Shown here: positions 34,120-46,340 of the stretch, in pieces
Position numbering within the stretch: position 1 is the first letter of the stretch
Layout: each line of letters starts with the position of its first letter
Assembly (NCBI GenBank): GCA_013265495.1
Contig: MU057711.1
Coordinates: 2,492,844-2,556,843, forward strand
Length of the DNA stretch: 64,000 nt
Reading direction: 5' to 3'
Source: Vicugna vicugna
Taxonomy: Eukaryota
Position numbers and translations under genes: made by a program
Notes under the pieces: generated by a model
Told to the model about the DNA's origin: nothing
What the model saw: the letters and a program-made list of their open reading frames with translations, nothing else
Databases searched by the model: none

Positions 34120-34215
34120 ACACACAGTTAATTACGGCGTCCTGCTCGGCGCCACCCTAATTAAGGCAGTTCCCTGGTGGAGGCCAAGATTTAATGCTCT
34201 CTTTTATAGGGCTTG
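34120..34215. promoter_or_regulatory. Homeodomain-site cluster, candidate enhancer core
   Basis: TTAATTAC, CTAATTAA, GATTTAATG and TTTTATAG within about 90 bp, with CpGs. Confidence 0.3.
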
Positions 34216-34857
34216 GTGGCAAGAGGGCGGCCCTGTCCTCTCCTCTCCCTCTGATGCATCCCTGTCTGGCTGGCTGAGAGCTGGGTGGGGAGGGTGGCCT
34301 GGCCGGCTGGCAGGAAAATGAGAAAGGCTGTCTAGGCCCCAGGGGAGGAACATAGCTGCCCTCCCAGAACAGGAGATGGGACAAGTGGGAGGCAGAGTGA
34401 AAGGCAGAAATGTCAATCCTGTCTGTCTCCTGATGGTACGAGGGTTGGAGGGGTGGCAGGGTGGAAGTGTCCCACCTTGAAGGGAAGCATTAAGGCTATC
34501 TTGGCCCTGGGGCCCTCCAGGAAGTGGTAATGGCTCCCAGAGGGCAGGAGTGACCTGGATAACCAGGAGCACAATCAGCTCCTGATGCCTGGTTTCCTTC
34601 CCCAATACAAATAAAACAAGGAGGGCAGATCTACTGCCAAAAATATGTGTGAAAAAGTCCATAGAATATCCTTCAAAACCAACAGAATTTCCCTCCACTA
34701 TCCACAATATAGAATTTTCCAGTCCACTGTTGTAGAATTCATTGGATCACAGAGCTGGCAGGGACACAAAAATCATTTCATATAATAGGTGAAGAAAAGG
34801 AGGCCAAAAGAGAAGTGATTTTCCCAAGATGTCAGAGTGAGTTAGATTTGTGTAGAT

Positions 34858-35043
34858 GACAGCTGGCAAATAGATCTCACTTTGAGTGCCAGTGCTGAGT
34901 GACTGGACAGCTGGAGGCTATGATGATATGATGCTGAGGCCTTGACGTTCAGTGGGGAACAGACTCTTGATCGATTAATGATGTCTGCCATGGGCCCTGG
35001 TTGGGTTGTGGTGATTAATGTGCTGAATTTCTGCCATCCCTAC
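34858..35043. mobile_element. hAT-Charlie MITE, MER112-like
   Basis: GCTGGCAAATAG...TGATCGATTAATGATGTCTGCCATGGG...TGCCATCCCT. Confidence 0.5.
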
Positions 35044-35636
35044 CTAGGTGTCAGAGGGATGCTCTGAGTGAGATAAGCCCTGAAAGTTGGCAACCTTGGA
35101 GGGATTTGGCTGGATTGAGAAGCTGAAAGTCAAAGCAAGTTTGCTGAGAGAGACATGAAATCTGTAAAGCTCCTCAATGAACTGCCATCAAGTTAGGTGA
35201 GGGATGGATGGTCAGGATTGCAAAATGGGAATTCTCAAGGTTTTTCACTTTAAGGAATCTTCTGATGAAGCTTGGGCTATGTCTCTGCAGCCCTTCCTGG
35301 CCTCCAGAGCTGTGAGTCCCCTAGGACTGTTCCTTTCTTTGAGGCAACATGGGTCAGTCGTCCTGGTGGTGGATCCCAAGACCCTTGGTAGAGCTGGGCC
35401 TTGTATGGAGACGTCAGCCTGGGACATACTGGTCACAGAGTATGGAGTGCTTGGGCTGAAAGGCCAGAGCTGGGGGCCTGTGTGTCTGGATACCTAAGTC
35501 CTCCTCCTGCCTCTGTATCACCACTCTGTTGCTAGAACAAGCCTTTTCCTCCACTGAACTTCATCTACACAATGAATGAGGGTCCCAGTGGTCTCATGGG
35601 TTCCTACAGGCTCTCAAATTTGACCAAATAGTCTAG

Positions 35637-36570
35637 GTTTTTTTTATTATGATAAAATACTCATAATATAAAAATGATCATTTCAACCAATTTAAGTATA
35701 TAGTTCTATGATATTAAATACATTCACATTACTGTGCAACCATACACCTCCAAAACTTTTTCATTTTATCCAACTTTAACTCTGTACATATTAAATAGTA
35801 ACTCTAGATTCTCACCTCCTCCTGGCCCCCAGAAACCACCATTCTACTTTCTGTCTCAATGAATTTGCCTGTTTTAGGTACCTCATATGTAAGTGGAATC
35901 ATATAGTATTTATCCTTTTGTGACTGGCTTATTTCCTTAACATAAAGTTTTTAAAGTCCATGTTGTAGCATCAGTCAGAATTCCTTTCTTTTTAAAGAGA
36001 AAAAAGGCTGAATAACATTTAATATATTTTTTTGAAATGTAGTATTTAAGTTTTAAAGGCTGAATAATATTGCACTGCAGGTATATACCACATTTCGCTT
36101 ATTCATTCATCTTTTGAAGGACACTAGGGTCACTTCCACATTTTGCCTATTGGAAAGAATGCTGCTATGAATGTGGGTGTACTCATATCTGTTTGAGTCT
36201 CTGCACTCACTTTTGGGAATATATAAACCCAGAAGTAGGATTGCTGGGTCATATGGTAATTCTGTGTTTAATTTTTGAGGACCCACCGAATTGTCTTCCA
36301 CAGCAGCTGCACTGTTCTACATGACCAACGGCAGCGTCCAAGGGTTCCAATTTCACCACATCCTCGTCACACTTATTTTGGTTTTTGCTGTTTGATAATA
36401 GCCATCCTGTTGGATGTTAAGTGGTATGTCATTGTGGTTTTGAATTACATTTCCCTAATGACTAGTGATGTTGAGTGTTTTTCACGTGCTTATTGGCCAT
36501 ATAATCTTCTCTGGAGAAATGTCTATTCAAGCCCTTTGCCCATTTTTTAATTGGATTGTTTGTTTCTAGC
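35637..36570 (-). mobile_element. L1MB-like ORF2 end and 3' UTR
   Basis: ORF2 remnant KLNTELPYDPAILLLGLYIP (36107-36301, minus); GGATTGCTGGGTCATATGGTAATTCT. Confidence 0.88.
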
Positions 36571-36634
36571 TTGGTTTTAATCTCCTAGCAGGGCCCTGAA
36601 AGATTGGTACTAAGGAACAGCAATTTTCTTTTCC

Positions 36635-37400
36635 AGGTTTATTGAGGTATAATTAACAAATAAAATTATAATGTTTTAAAGTATACAATGGGATGATTTC
36701 ATGTATGTATACATTGTGAAGAGTCCCACAATCAACTTACTTAGCGCATCCGTCACCTCCCACAGTTGCCTTTTTGTGTGTGTGTGTAACTGTGAGAATG
36801 TTCAAGATTTACTTTCTTAACAGATTTCAAGTATATAATACAGGATTGTCAACAGTAATCACCATGCTGTACATTAGAGTCTCAGGACTTACTCATCTAA
36901 CAGAAAGTTTGTACCCTTTCACCACTCTCTCCATTTCCCCCTCCCTTAATGCTTTGCAACCACCGTTGTACTTTGTTTCTATGACCTGATTTTCTTCTTT
37001 TTTTAAGATTGCAGATAGGAGTTAGATATCATAGTATTTGTCTTTCTCTGTCTAGTTTATTTCATTAGCACATCTTCCTCTAGGTTTATCCATGTTGTTG
37101 TGAAATGTAGGATTTCCTTCTTTTTTTTTTTTAAGGCTGAATAGTATTACATTGTATATATACCACATCTTCTTTATCCATTTAGCCACGGATTGACACT
37201 TAGATTGTTTCCATGTCTTGGCTATTGAGAATAATGCTACTATCTCTTCAAGAATGATTTCATTTCCTTTGGGCATATATCCAGAAGTAGAATAGTTGGA
37301 TCCTATGGTAGTTCTATTTTTATAATTTCTTGAGGAACCTCCACTGTTTTCCACAGGTGGCTGCATCAATTTACCTCTCCACCAATAGGGCACAAAGGTT
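36635..37400 (-). mobile_element. L1MA-like ORF2 end and 3' UTR
   Basis: TTTATTGAGGTATAATTAACAAATAAAATT; ORF2 remnant ALFSIAKTWKQSKCQSVAKWIKKMWYIY. Confidence 0.88.
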
Positions 37401-38637
37401 AGGAAGGGTAATTTTTGGTGAAAGAAGAAATAGAGGTGGAAAGCCTCAAGGCTGAAACAATATACTAGACCTGGTTTCTCTCTGTCGGAGTGGTCTCTTC
37501 CTTCTACCTGCCATGGCGTTGGCTTCGTCCTTGGACTTGCAGCGGTGTCTGTTCCTCCCCAGCCCCCGTTGTCCCAGGTCCTCATCTTGTATCAGCCAAG
37601 TAGAGGGAGCAGCACTTGGATGAACAAGCAAACACACTCACTAGAGCAAATCTCCTTCCCCAGCTGTCCAGCCTCAGTCTGGGGCCTGACTCTCATTGGA
37701 CTCATCTAGAAGCAGGGGTGGAGCCTCCGGTGGTCCCCTGCTCCTCGCAAGGGGCTGTTCCTGCCACAAAGGTCAGAGCACCGCAAGTTATCGCGATAAA
37801 ATGGTCCGAGACTCTAAGAATAGGGATGGTTACAGCTACGCCAAGCAACAGGGGACTGGAAGGGTGTTCAGAGTGCCAGGTAGCCCTCCTCAGAGGTCTG
37901 TCAGTGTGGAAAGTGGAGTCCTCAGCCCAGAGGAAACATCCAGAAGGTGGCTCTCCTGCTGTCAGTCGGAGGACTCACTGTGCACTGGGAAGTCTCTCTC
38001 CACCTCACTTCTGCCGACTCAAGGCCTCTGCCCCCTTGTGACCTCTGTGTCCCCCTCTCTGTCACAGCCTCTCGGCCTCAGTTCCTCTCCTGTTTCCAGG
38101 CCAGAGAGGACAATTAGATTGGCTCAGAGTATTAGACCCTGACCTGATCCATGCAGCCCACCAGCTCTTGGGCCTCAGCCCCTGGCTCTGTCCACAGCTA
38201 GAGTGGCCCCAGCAATGGTTTGTGCTGTCCCTGCAGCTGGAATGTGCTGTCTGCCATCTCTGTCACCTCATCTCTTAGACTGCTGGCCACCTCAGCCCCC
38301 AAGGGGAAAGGCCTGGCTTCGACGTGGCCTCTACTGTACCTGCCCAGGCGGGAGAAATAGCAGCTCCTGCCTTTGGGATGGATGGGTCCCACATGGCCCC
38401 AGGAGGCAGTGGCTCCACCAGTGGTGGCCTGGAGGGGCTGGGTAACACATGGAAGGAGAGTGACCTGGATGAGCGAGAGTCAGGAGATGAAGTTTCTCAC
38501 CTGTCCTTCCTTTGACAGGCTCTTCTGAGATGTGAAGGGGGAGGTGGTCCCCTCTCCTCAGGCCTGGCCAACCCATGGATTTTCTCGGGGCGCTGGAGCC
38601 AGCTGGGTCAGGCTCATGTTTGAATTGTGCATTCCCT

Positions 38638-38990
38638 CTGTCCCTCTGGGGTCCCTGGGAAGCAGTGCCTGAGAGGGAGCTCAGCATGCAGGAGGTTTAT
38701 TGAGGGGGTGCTCCTGGGGTCACTGCCAGCCCCAGGATGGAAGCAGCACCAGGCTGAGGGAAAGTGAGTTGTGATGTAGTTTCCTTGATGGGAGTCCTGA
38801 AGCTGGCATGGTCTTCAGGGTTGCTGAGTTGGGATGAGCTGTCTGGTCTTTATGCCGCTGTGCTTATCAGCCATTTGATTAGCTGCTCCAGGAAGGTGGG
38901 CCCAGGTGACAACTGCTCCGTAGGGGGCTGGCAGCTGGAGCTCGTCTCCCACCGGCACTCCCAGGAGCAGGGGGAGTAAGTTCTTCTTTT
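38638..38990 (-). mobile_element. ERVL solo LTR (LTR16A-like)
   Basis: GGGTCCCTGGGAAGCAGTGCCTGAGAGGGAG...TGCAGGAGGTTTATTGAGGGGGTGCTC. Confidence 0.65.
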
Positions 38991-39919
38991 CTGAAGGGGA
39001 TCCACTGTGCCCTTATTCCCTGCCTCACTTCCCGCTCCCCTCCTTCCTTCCTGGGGATAATATCTACCAGTGACGCATTAGAAGGTACGTTTGATCCAGG
39101 CTTTGCTTTCTGGGAACTCTGGGTTAAAACATCCACTAAACCACCACCATTCCTATTGGGGGAGCTCTTTGTATCGAGATGTATCATAGGCTGTTGGCTA
39201 ACCTATGACATAACTTCCCTCGGGTCAGGTGATCGACTCTTGACCAATCGTCTCTGGTCAAAGGCAGGAAGGAACACAGCCACCTGGGCTCCAGGGACAG
39301 TCTGTCCCCTCTTCCCTTAGCAGGGGACTGTGAGCACTGCAGGCCCCAGGACTGACCCTTCCAGTACAACTGGGTGCCTGCTATTTGATGGGCCTTGACT
39401 AGGCGCAGGGGGCAGGGAGAACTGGACGACTTAGACACGGCTTCTGTCCAGGGAGCTCACAGACCAAGTGGAGTCATCCATCTTTTCCTCTCAGAACCCT
39501 TGCAGGGGAACCCCAAAGAGTGGTGGAGGGAAACACTCTTGTTTGGCTCCTGCCTCACCTTCACCAACAGCTGTTCACATCTACCCTTGCAGTCTCAGGG
39601 GATGAATTGTGACTGTTCTAAACTCATTATGGTGGCTGATGATTGGTTTGGTTCTGGGCATGGGACTCAGCTCGGCCAGTGGCCCCAAGAGGAAGTCTCA
39701 AAAGTTAGATTTGGAGAAGGATTTGCTGAACTGCAATGTGATTTCTTGAAAATGCTGCAAATACTATGTGACCATGGGGGTGAGAATGGCATCTCTGATG
39801 CTGTCTCTGGACCATAGGACTAAGCCACCCTACAACGGCTCTGGTTCTGGGCTGGTAGTCCTATGAGGTAATTAGCATCCTTATTGGTGCAGCCGCTAAG
39901 ACAAGGTCTCTGAAGCCTG

Positions 39920-40110
39920 ACTACAGCACTAGGTGTGTGACCCTGGGCAAGGTGCTTAACCTCTCTTGTTTCAGTTTCCTCATCTGTAACGGGACATAGA
40001 ATAAGACCCACCCCATAAGGCTGCTGTGAGGTGTAAATACATTTGTATATGTGAAGGTCTTACAACAGTGCCTGGCACTCAGGAAATGGTATATAAGTGT
40101 TGACTGCTTT
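39920..40110 (+). mobile_element. MIR SINE
   Basis: TGTGTGACCCTGGGCAAGGTGCTTAACCTCTC...CAGTTTCCTCATCTGTAA...AACAGTGCCTGGCAC. Confidence 0.85.
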
Positions 40111-40184
40111 CAAGATAGATCTAAGTTAATAAGTAGAGAGAATTGGATTAATCATAGCCTTGGTTCGTGACATGCCACTGGTAT

Positions 40185-40441
40185 ATTTATTAAAATAACA
40201 AACCTGTGAACCCATCGCTTAACTCAAAACCCAAGAACTAGAATATTTCCAATTGTAGTTATTATTCCATATGTGTTTCTCTTGAAATGTCCCCAGACCC
40301 CTCCACCAGTTACCCTGCCCCCACCCAGCACTGCCCTGAATTCAACATTTATTATTCCCGTGTGTGTGTGTGTAGCTTTTTCACATATAAATGTACACCC
40401 AAACAATATACTGCTTTGTTTTTTCTGCTTTTGAGCATTTC
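40185..40441 (-). mobile_element. Old L1 3' UTR (host of the next insertion)
   Basis: CCTGTGAACCCATC...AAGAACTAGAATATTTCCA...CACTGCCCTGAATT; appears to resume after 41208. Confidence 0.5.
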
Positions 40442-40456
40442 AAAAAGGGTACACAC

Positions 40457-41193
40457 TGGAGAAAAAGGAACCCTCCTACACCATTGGTAAGAATGTAAAT
40501 TGGTGCAGCCACTGTGGAGAATAGTATGGAGGTTCCTCAAAAAATTAAAAATAGAGTTATCATATGATCCAGCAATCCCACTCCTAGACATATATCTGGA
40601 GAGAACACTGATTTGAAAAGATACACACACGCCAACATTCATAGCAGCACTATTTACAACAGCCAAGACATGGAAGCAACCTAAATGTCCATTGACAAGA
40701 TGACTGGATAAAGAAGATATGGTTTTATATATATATATACACACACAATGGAATACTACTCAGCCATAAAAGGAATGAAATAATGCAGCAACATGGGTAG
40801 AGATGATCATAGCAAGTGAAGTAAGTCAGAGCGATAAAGACAAATATCACAAATATCACATGATATCCCCTATCTATGGAATCTAAAAAAGTGATAGAAA
40901 GGAACTTACTTATAAAACAGAAAAAAACTCATAGACATAGAAAACAAAATTATGGTTATCAAAGGGGAAGGGCTGGGAAGAGATAAATTAGGAGTTTGGG
41001 ATTAACAGATCCACATTACTATATAAAAAATAGATAAACAACAGGGACCTACTGTACAGCACAGGCAACTATATTCAATATCTGGTGATAACCTATAATG
41101 GAGAAGAATCTGAAAAAGAACATGTATACACATATAACAATCCTTTTGCTGTACACCTGAGATTAACACAACATTCAGCTATACTACAGTTTA
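40457..41193 (+). mobile_element. Young 5'-truncated L1 (ORF2 C-terminus and 3' UTR)
   Basis: Translates [42 protein letters not shown]...; perfect 15-bp TSD AAAAAGGGTACACAC at 40442-40456 and 41194-41208. Confidence 0.95.
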
Positions 41194-41959
41194 AAAAAGG
41201 GTACACACCATGTGGTTTTCTGGAAATTTTTTCTTCCTGAAAAGACACTTTTATTTGGGGCTTCTGCTCCTTCCAGCTGAAGGCAACCCAATCACATGGC
41301 GCCTTGTTGAAGGGAGAAAGAAAAGCCCACTTTCAATGGACAGGAAACAAAAGTTAGGTCTTTTCTCTTTCCTCATTTTTGGACCTTCATTTGGCTGTGG
41401 AGGTGTGCTGGCCTTCATAAAGGTCCTTCCAGAAATGCCTTCCTTCTGAATTAGTGTGGAGGGGGTTCATGTCTTTCTGGCCTGGCTGCTCTGCTGGGCA
41501 CAGGGTCCAGGTGTGAGGGACCCGAGCTGCGGCTGCTCAGAGACCTGGCCCGTGTGGAGAGAGGCTGCGGCCCCTGTGGAATTTTTCTGATGCTTCTGCA
41601 TCCCCAGTGGGAATCATTTTCCCTTTTCCATCCCAAATATGGGCTGGGCTCTGGAAGGCGTGGGAGAACTAATTTGAGGCTAGTGTAAACACTTCCATGC
41701 CAGTGGAACCCTGGCCAGCAGGAATTCCAAGCCATCTGAGAAGTCTGCCAGCCTAGAGCTGGACTTTGGCTGGGACCCTCTGGTGTAGCTACTTTTAGCT
41801 GGGAACATTTTTTTCCCAGACTCTGGAAAGCCACACTTAATGGATTACGATTTACTCAACAAAGACCCCAAACCAAGAGCATTTCTACATTGAGTTGGCC
41901 ATTTATATGCCTGCCTCCCAATTTTCACCTTTCTGGGGAGTGAAACCTACCTACTTATT

Positions 41960-42170
41960 AAGATCCAGAGCTTGGGAGGTAAATAAACCTGGCTTTACTC
42001 CTAGGTCTGCCTCCTATTGACTTTGGGTCAATTACCTAACATGTCTGAGTCTGCCTCTTCATCTGGAAAATGGAGGTAATAATAATAAACCATAATACCT
42101 ATCTCAAGAGTCATGGTGAGCAGCAAGTGAGCTCATAATACATATACAAATACTTGTACATGTTAGTGCT
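41960..42170 (+). mobile_element. MIR SINE
   Basis: GACTTTGGGTCAATTACCTAAC...CTTCATCTGGAAAATGGAGGTAATAATAA. Confidence 0.7.
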
Positions 42171-42175
42171 TCTAC

Positions 42176-42557
42176 CAGTCAGTCCAGGTTAGGCTATGCT
42201 GCAGTAACAAACATCCCCCAAAACTCAGTGGTTGAACACAACAGAAATTAATTTTTTTCACTCATAAAGTTTGCTGTCGGTCCAGGCCACTCCCCAGAGC
42301 CGCTTTCTCCCACATGTGACACATGATCCAGATAAAATTCTCATTCCACCATTTTAACAAGAAGCCCCCATGTTCACTGTAGCAGAGGAAGAGATTAACT
42401 AAAGAACCTGACAGAACACTTTTAGTTTCCATTTTAATTGACCAGAACTAGTCACTTGGCTCCATCTAGTAATAAGGGCTCTGAGATATATAGTTTTCTA
42501 TATGTCCAAGAGGGAAAAGCAAACCAGATATTGGGGAGCACTTGTAATGTCTCCCAC
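42176..42557 (-). mobile_element. MaLR LTR (MLT1I/J-like)
   Basis: AGGCTATGCTGCAGTAACAAACATCCCCCAAAACTCAGTGGTTGAACACAACAGA...AATGTCTCCCACA. Confidence 0.78.
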
Positions 42558-43989
42558 ATTCAATAAACATTGGTGTCCTGCCTTTATTTTCTACCCTCCA
42601 AGAGTTCAGAACTTGCTCAGGGTGATGAGGTGGAGACAGATGAAAAGATAAACATCTATTCTTAATTCCTTAGGAGCATACAGTCCCTTGCATTTTGTAG
42701 AAGGCTTTTTCAGCCTCATTTCCATGGTCTCCCGGGGAGGGTTTTTTCTTCTGGTTTAGGAGCAGCAAGCTGGGGAATAGAGCACTGGGGACCTACTCAG
42801 TGAGTGGACCGGCAGGTGTCCGAACCAGCTGACTTTGCAGAGGAAATCCACCTGCACCAGACCTTGGGGAGGGCAGAACATGGGGCTGAAGGAAAAGGAC
42901 ATACCACGTGCCAGGCATCAGGCCAAATGCTATATGTGCTGTCACACACGTAGTGAACATTAGTGCCCGGATTTTAGAGATGAGGAAGCCGAGGCTCAGA
43001 GAGCCAGGCAGCAACCACAGGAAGAAGGAGGGATGAAGGGGACACAGGGACAGTCTCTGGCTTGAGGAGTGGGGCAGGGATGCCTGGGTTCTCCCTCATC
43101 CCATCTGTTCATGCTATGGCTGAACAGACAAAACAGAGGGAGTTTTGGGCAAAATACCAAATGTGACAACACCCGAGAGGATCTTTGCAAAAAATCCAGA
43201 GTGCTCATGGGAATTTCCCACAAATGGAAAACGAGATTGAACTTTTCTGGAGTGTAGAAGCAGCCAGTTGCCCCTTTTGGATAGAAAGGAGTTGAGGAGG
43301 GAAGGACAGATTTTGCAGAGTGAGGGAGGGGACTCTTCTCCATGCTGGGGGCTTGGGCTGGCTGAGGTCAGACTCAAAGTCTCCTTTCCTTGTCAGATGG
43401 GGAAACTGAGCCCCAACACGGGGAAGGATTTGTTCAGGGTCTCAGAACCAGGAAAAAGCAGAGGCAGGTGAGATCTGATGCCCTTTCCTGCTCCATAGCT
43501 GCCTCAGGGCCAGAGAGAAAGGGAGGTGTGACGGCCCCAGGTTGACAGCAGCTGCCAGCAAGCCCGGTGCTCGGGCAGCGCTCCCCCAGACCCCTGTTCC
43601 AGCATGGTCTGTCCCTGCAAGCCCACGACATTACAGATAGGAAGGGAGAGGGGAAGTGACCCCCCCCCGCTTCTGTCCTCTAAAGTATCCCATTTTCCAT
43701 AAGAGTGATGGATAATACATTGTCATGGCATTTGTTAGGATTCTGATAAGTTGGCAGAAAAATCAGGACCAAGAGGCATGAAGAGAAGGCGATCAAATGG
43801 GGTCCCCTTTGTTTCCGTGTTTAGCAACCAATGCTCCAATGAAGCGGGTCCTCCCCACTAGCTCGGCCCCGGTCCCCGGCATCCAGGGCTCACCCTCCCG
43901 GCATTAAGTACAGCCTGTTCTCTATTCTGTACGCGACCTGCTCCCCAAACCCGGGACCTGGTTTGGCGGGGAGCTGAGATTTGGAGTGC

Positions 43990-44427
43990 TCAAATGTGGT
44001 TGGGCTGCTGGTCCGTGGATGGGATGCTCTTCCATATCCCTTCATGTACTCCTGGCAGCTTCATCTCTCCATCCGCACCTCCCTCCGCCTTTTGCTTGGC
44101 TTTGGCCAACAGGAGGTACTGCCAGGGGACAAGAAGGTGGCAGAAGAGAGCAGTTTTGCTGTTCATTCCCTGCTTCTCTCTCTGCCAGGCCACAGCGTCG
44201 ACCTGGTGGCCCTCCCCAGCCTAGATGCCACCCTCTCTGGGTTCTGGTACCTGCCCCATCATCTCTTTGTCCTTTCAGGCCCAGTGGTGGTACCCACTCC
44301 CGATGGTGCTCGCTGTCTCCGATACGTCTCTGGTTCCCCTTCTCCTGTAAATAACCCCATCATAACTGCCCCTCAACTTTCCCTTTGGGAGATGCCATCT
44401 GTTTCCTGCAGTGACCGGACTGATACA
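43990..44427 (+). mobile_element. ERVL solo LTR (LTR33-like)
   Basis: GGCTTTGGCCAACAGGAGG...CTTTCAGGCCCAGTGGTGGTA...GCCATCTGTTTCCTGC...GACTGATACA. Confidence 0.7.
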
Positions 44428-44479
44428 AACAGGAAGGATGGGACATCGACCCCCTGGACCTAGTCTTTCCCAGAAGTCA

Positions 44480-44830
44480 CGGTTTGCAGGTCCCACGATC
44501 CTCTTGTCCGCCCGCACATCCGCCAGCCTGGTCCATCCGCGTGCCAGGCCTGCGCCGGGCTCCCGCCAGGCTTATTTATTTATTGAACAACATGCAAGCT
44601 CAGTTTTCTTTTGTGTTTAATGTGTCAGCGTTTCAGTGGATTCGGACTTCAAGGCTTGGATTTTGTTGACAATAATGAGATCATCCAGACAATTATCGTT
44701 TGATTTTTCAGTTTGCCAGAGAGGGGAAGATTAAAGAAAAGTTAAGAAGCTTTGGCTGTTTCCTGTTATCCATTTGGGGGGAAGGGTGGGGGTGGGGTCA
44801 AGGGGGCTGGGAAGAAGAGAAAATCTAACT
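44480..44830. promoter_or_regulatory. Candidate enhancer
   Basis: CpG-rich stretch then an AT-rich unique block with TATTTATT, TGTTTAAT, TGTTGAC, ACAAT twice, GATTA and TTCCTG. Confidence 0.35.
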
Positions 44831-46089
44831 GCTTAAAAATGTCCACATCGGGCGACACTCAGACTGTCTGCACCCAGCAGGCTTTGCATGTCTGTGACGG
44901 TCCCACGTGGGGTGGCCCTGGAGGTACCTGGAAGGCTTCTCTCTCTCCAGCTGCTTCTCCACCTCAGGCCACATGGTCTGAAAATCCATCAGCTCCAATA
45001 TCCACTCCTCTGGCTTAATCCTGGAGGGACACATAGGAGAGTGGAATTCAATGAACATTTATTGTTCTTATTACTATTATTGATAGAATTCTTGTTATTG
45101 TTATCATTTCAGCTCACCCACTAACTGGTTGACATGGTATGGCTTCACTCCGCTGGCCTCAGTTTCCCCTCTGTGCAGTGAGGAATGATTGAATGAGATG
45201 ACCCAAACCCACCTCAGCCCTGACTTCACCACCCATTGCTCCCCGTTATTTGTGTGGCTGGATTTTTCAGGTGGGAAGACCCTGGGGGGAGGGTGCAAGT
45301 GTGCTGAAAAGGAGGAGGAGGGTGCTGGAGGGACAAGCAGGTGCTGGAAACTTCCTTGCTGCTTTTGTGCTCCCCTAATGAGGCCCCAGCCCCAGAGGAC
45401 AGGCCCCAGCTGGGGACTTTCAGGGCACATGTTCTATGGGGTTCTGGGAGAAGCAGCGGTGCTGGGGAGGGTGGAACGAGCTGGAGAGTCTGCTCCCTCC
45501 TTCCGTCCCTCCATCTGGGGTTCCTAGTGGGGCCCCTACTGTGAACTAACCCCCACCCCTACCCCGCAATGACTGGCAGGGTATGGATTTTATGATCAGA
45601 AAGACAATCTAGAAAATGACTCTACCTCAGAGAGACTTTTACAGCCCCCTCTACATCCCACGCCCCTTTCTAGAACAACACAGAGTCCCTCACCCACAGT
45701 GGTTCCACCTTTCCCTTGCTTATCACCTTCCCTCTTACTCCCTGCCACCCCCCTGTCATGCTCAGATGCCTCTGTGGCATTCACTCTCTGCCCCTTCTCC
45801 CCCAGCCTCATTGCTCTTCTGCGTCTCCCAGGCTGTCACTCTGTCAGTCTGTCTAGGGGTTGACACTTTCAAACAACCTGCTATGTATTGGATTTTGGAA
45901 GGTGACCACTGGGACAAAGCTGTTTTTCACCAAAAAAGAGAGAGAGACAGAGAGAAATGATGGGGGCAGGGAGTGAAAAGGATTCAGTCTTTGAGCAAGA
46001 AGAATGCTAGACAACTGGGAAAACTGAGGTCCAGAGACAGTATGAAATTCACACCTCCAAGCCTGGCCCTTCATCTGGGGTTTGACTCC

Positions 46090-46340
46090 CACACAGCAAA
46101 ATAAAGCAAGCGAGGGCCATTTTTCATAAAGCTTTCTATTTTGAGAGTCTGTCTTTCCTATTTTTGTCCATTTAAATGTTTAATGGTTAAGTGTCCGTTC
46201 TTCTATGAAATCCTGCTCATCACTGCCAATTTCCTTTGTTAATGTACTTTCTTGGCATAAGATTCAATTTGAAGTTTAAAAATTGGCAATATCAAATTGA
46301 TAAGCCAAATCTGGGTGAGATTGGACTGTTGCCTGATAGC
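46090..46340. promoter_or_regulatory. AT-rich unique block, candidate conserved element
   Basis: No repeat recognised; four TTGGC/GCCAA NFI half-sites, CTTTGTT, CATAAA, TTAATGG. Confidence 0.3.

Noticed and set aside
40457..40740. L1 ORF2 protein similarity
   Set aside because: 5'-truncated with in-frame stops; not an active element or a gene.
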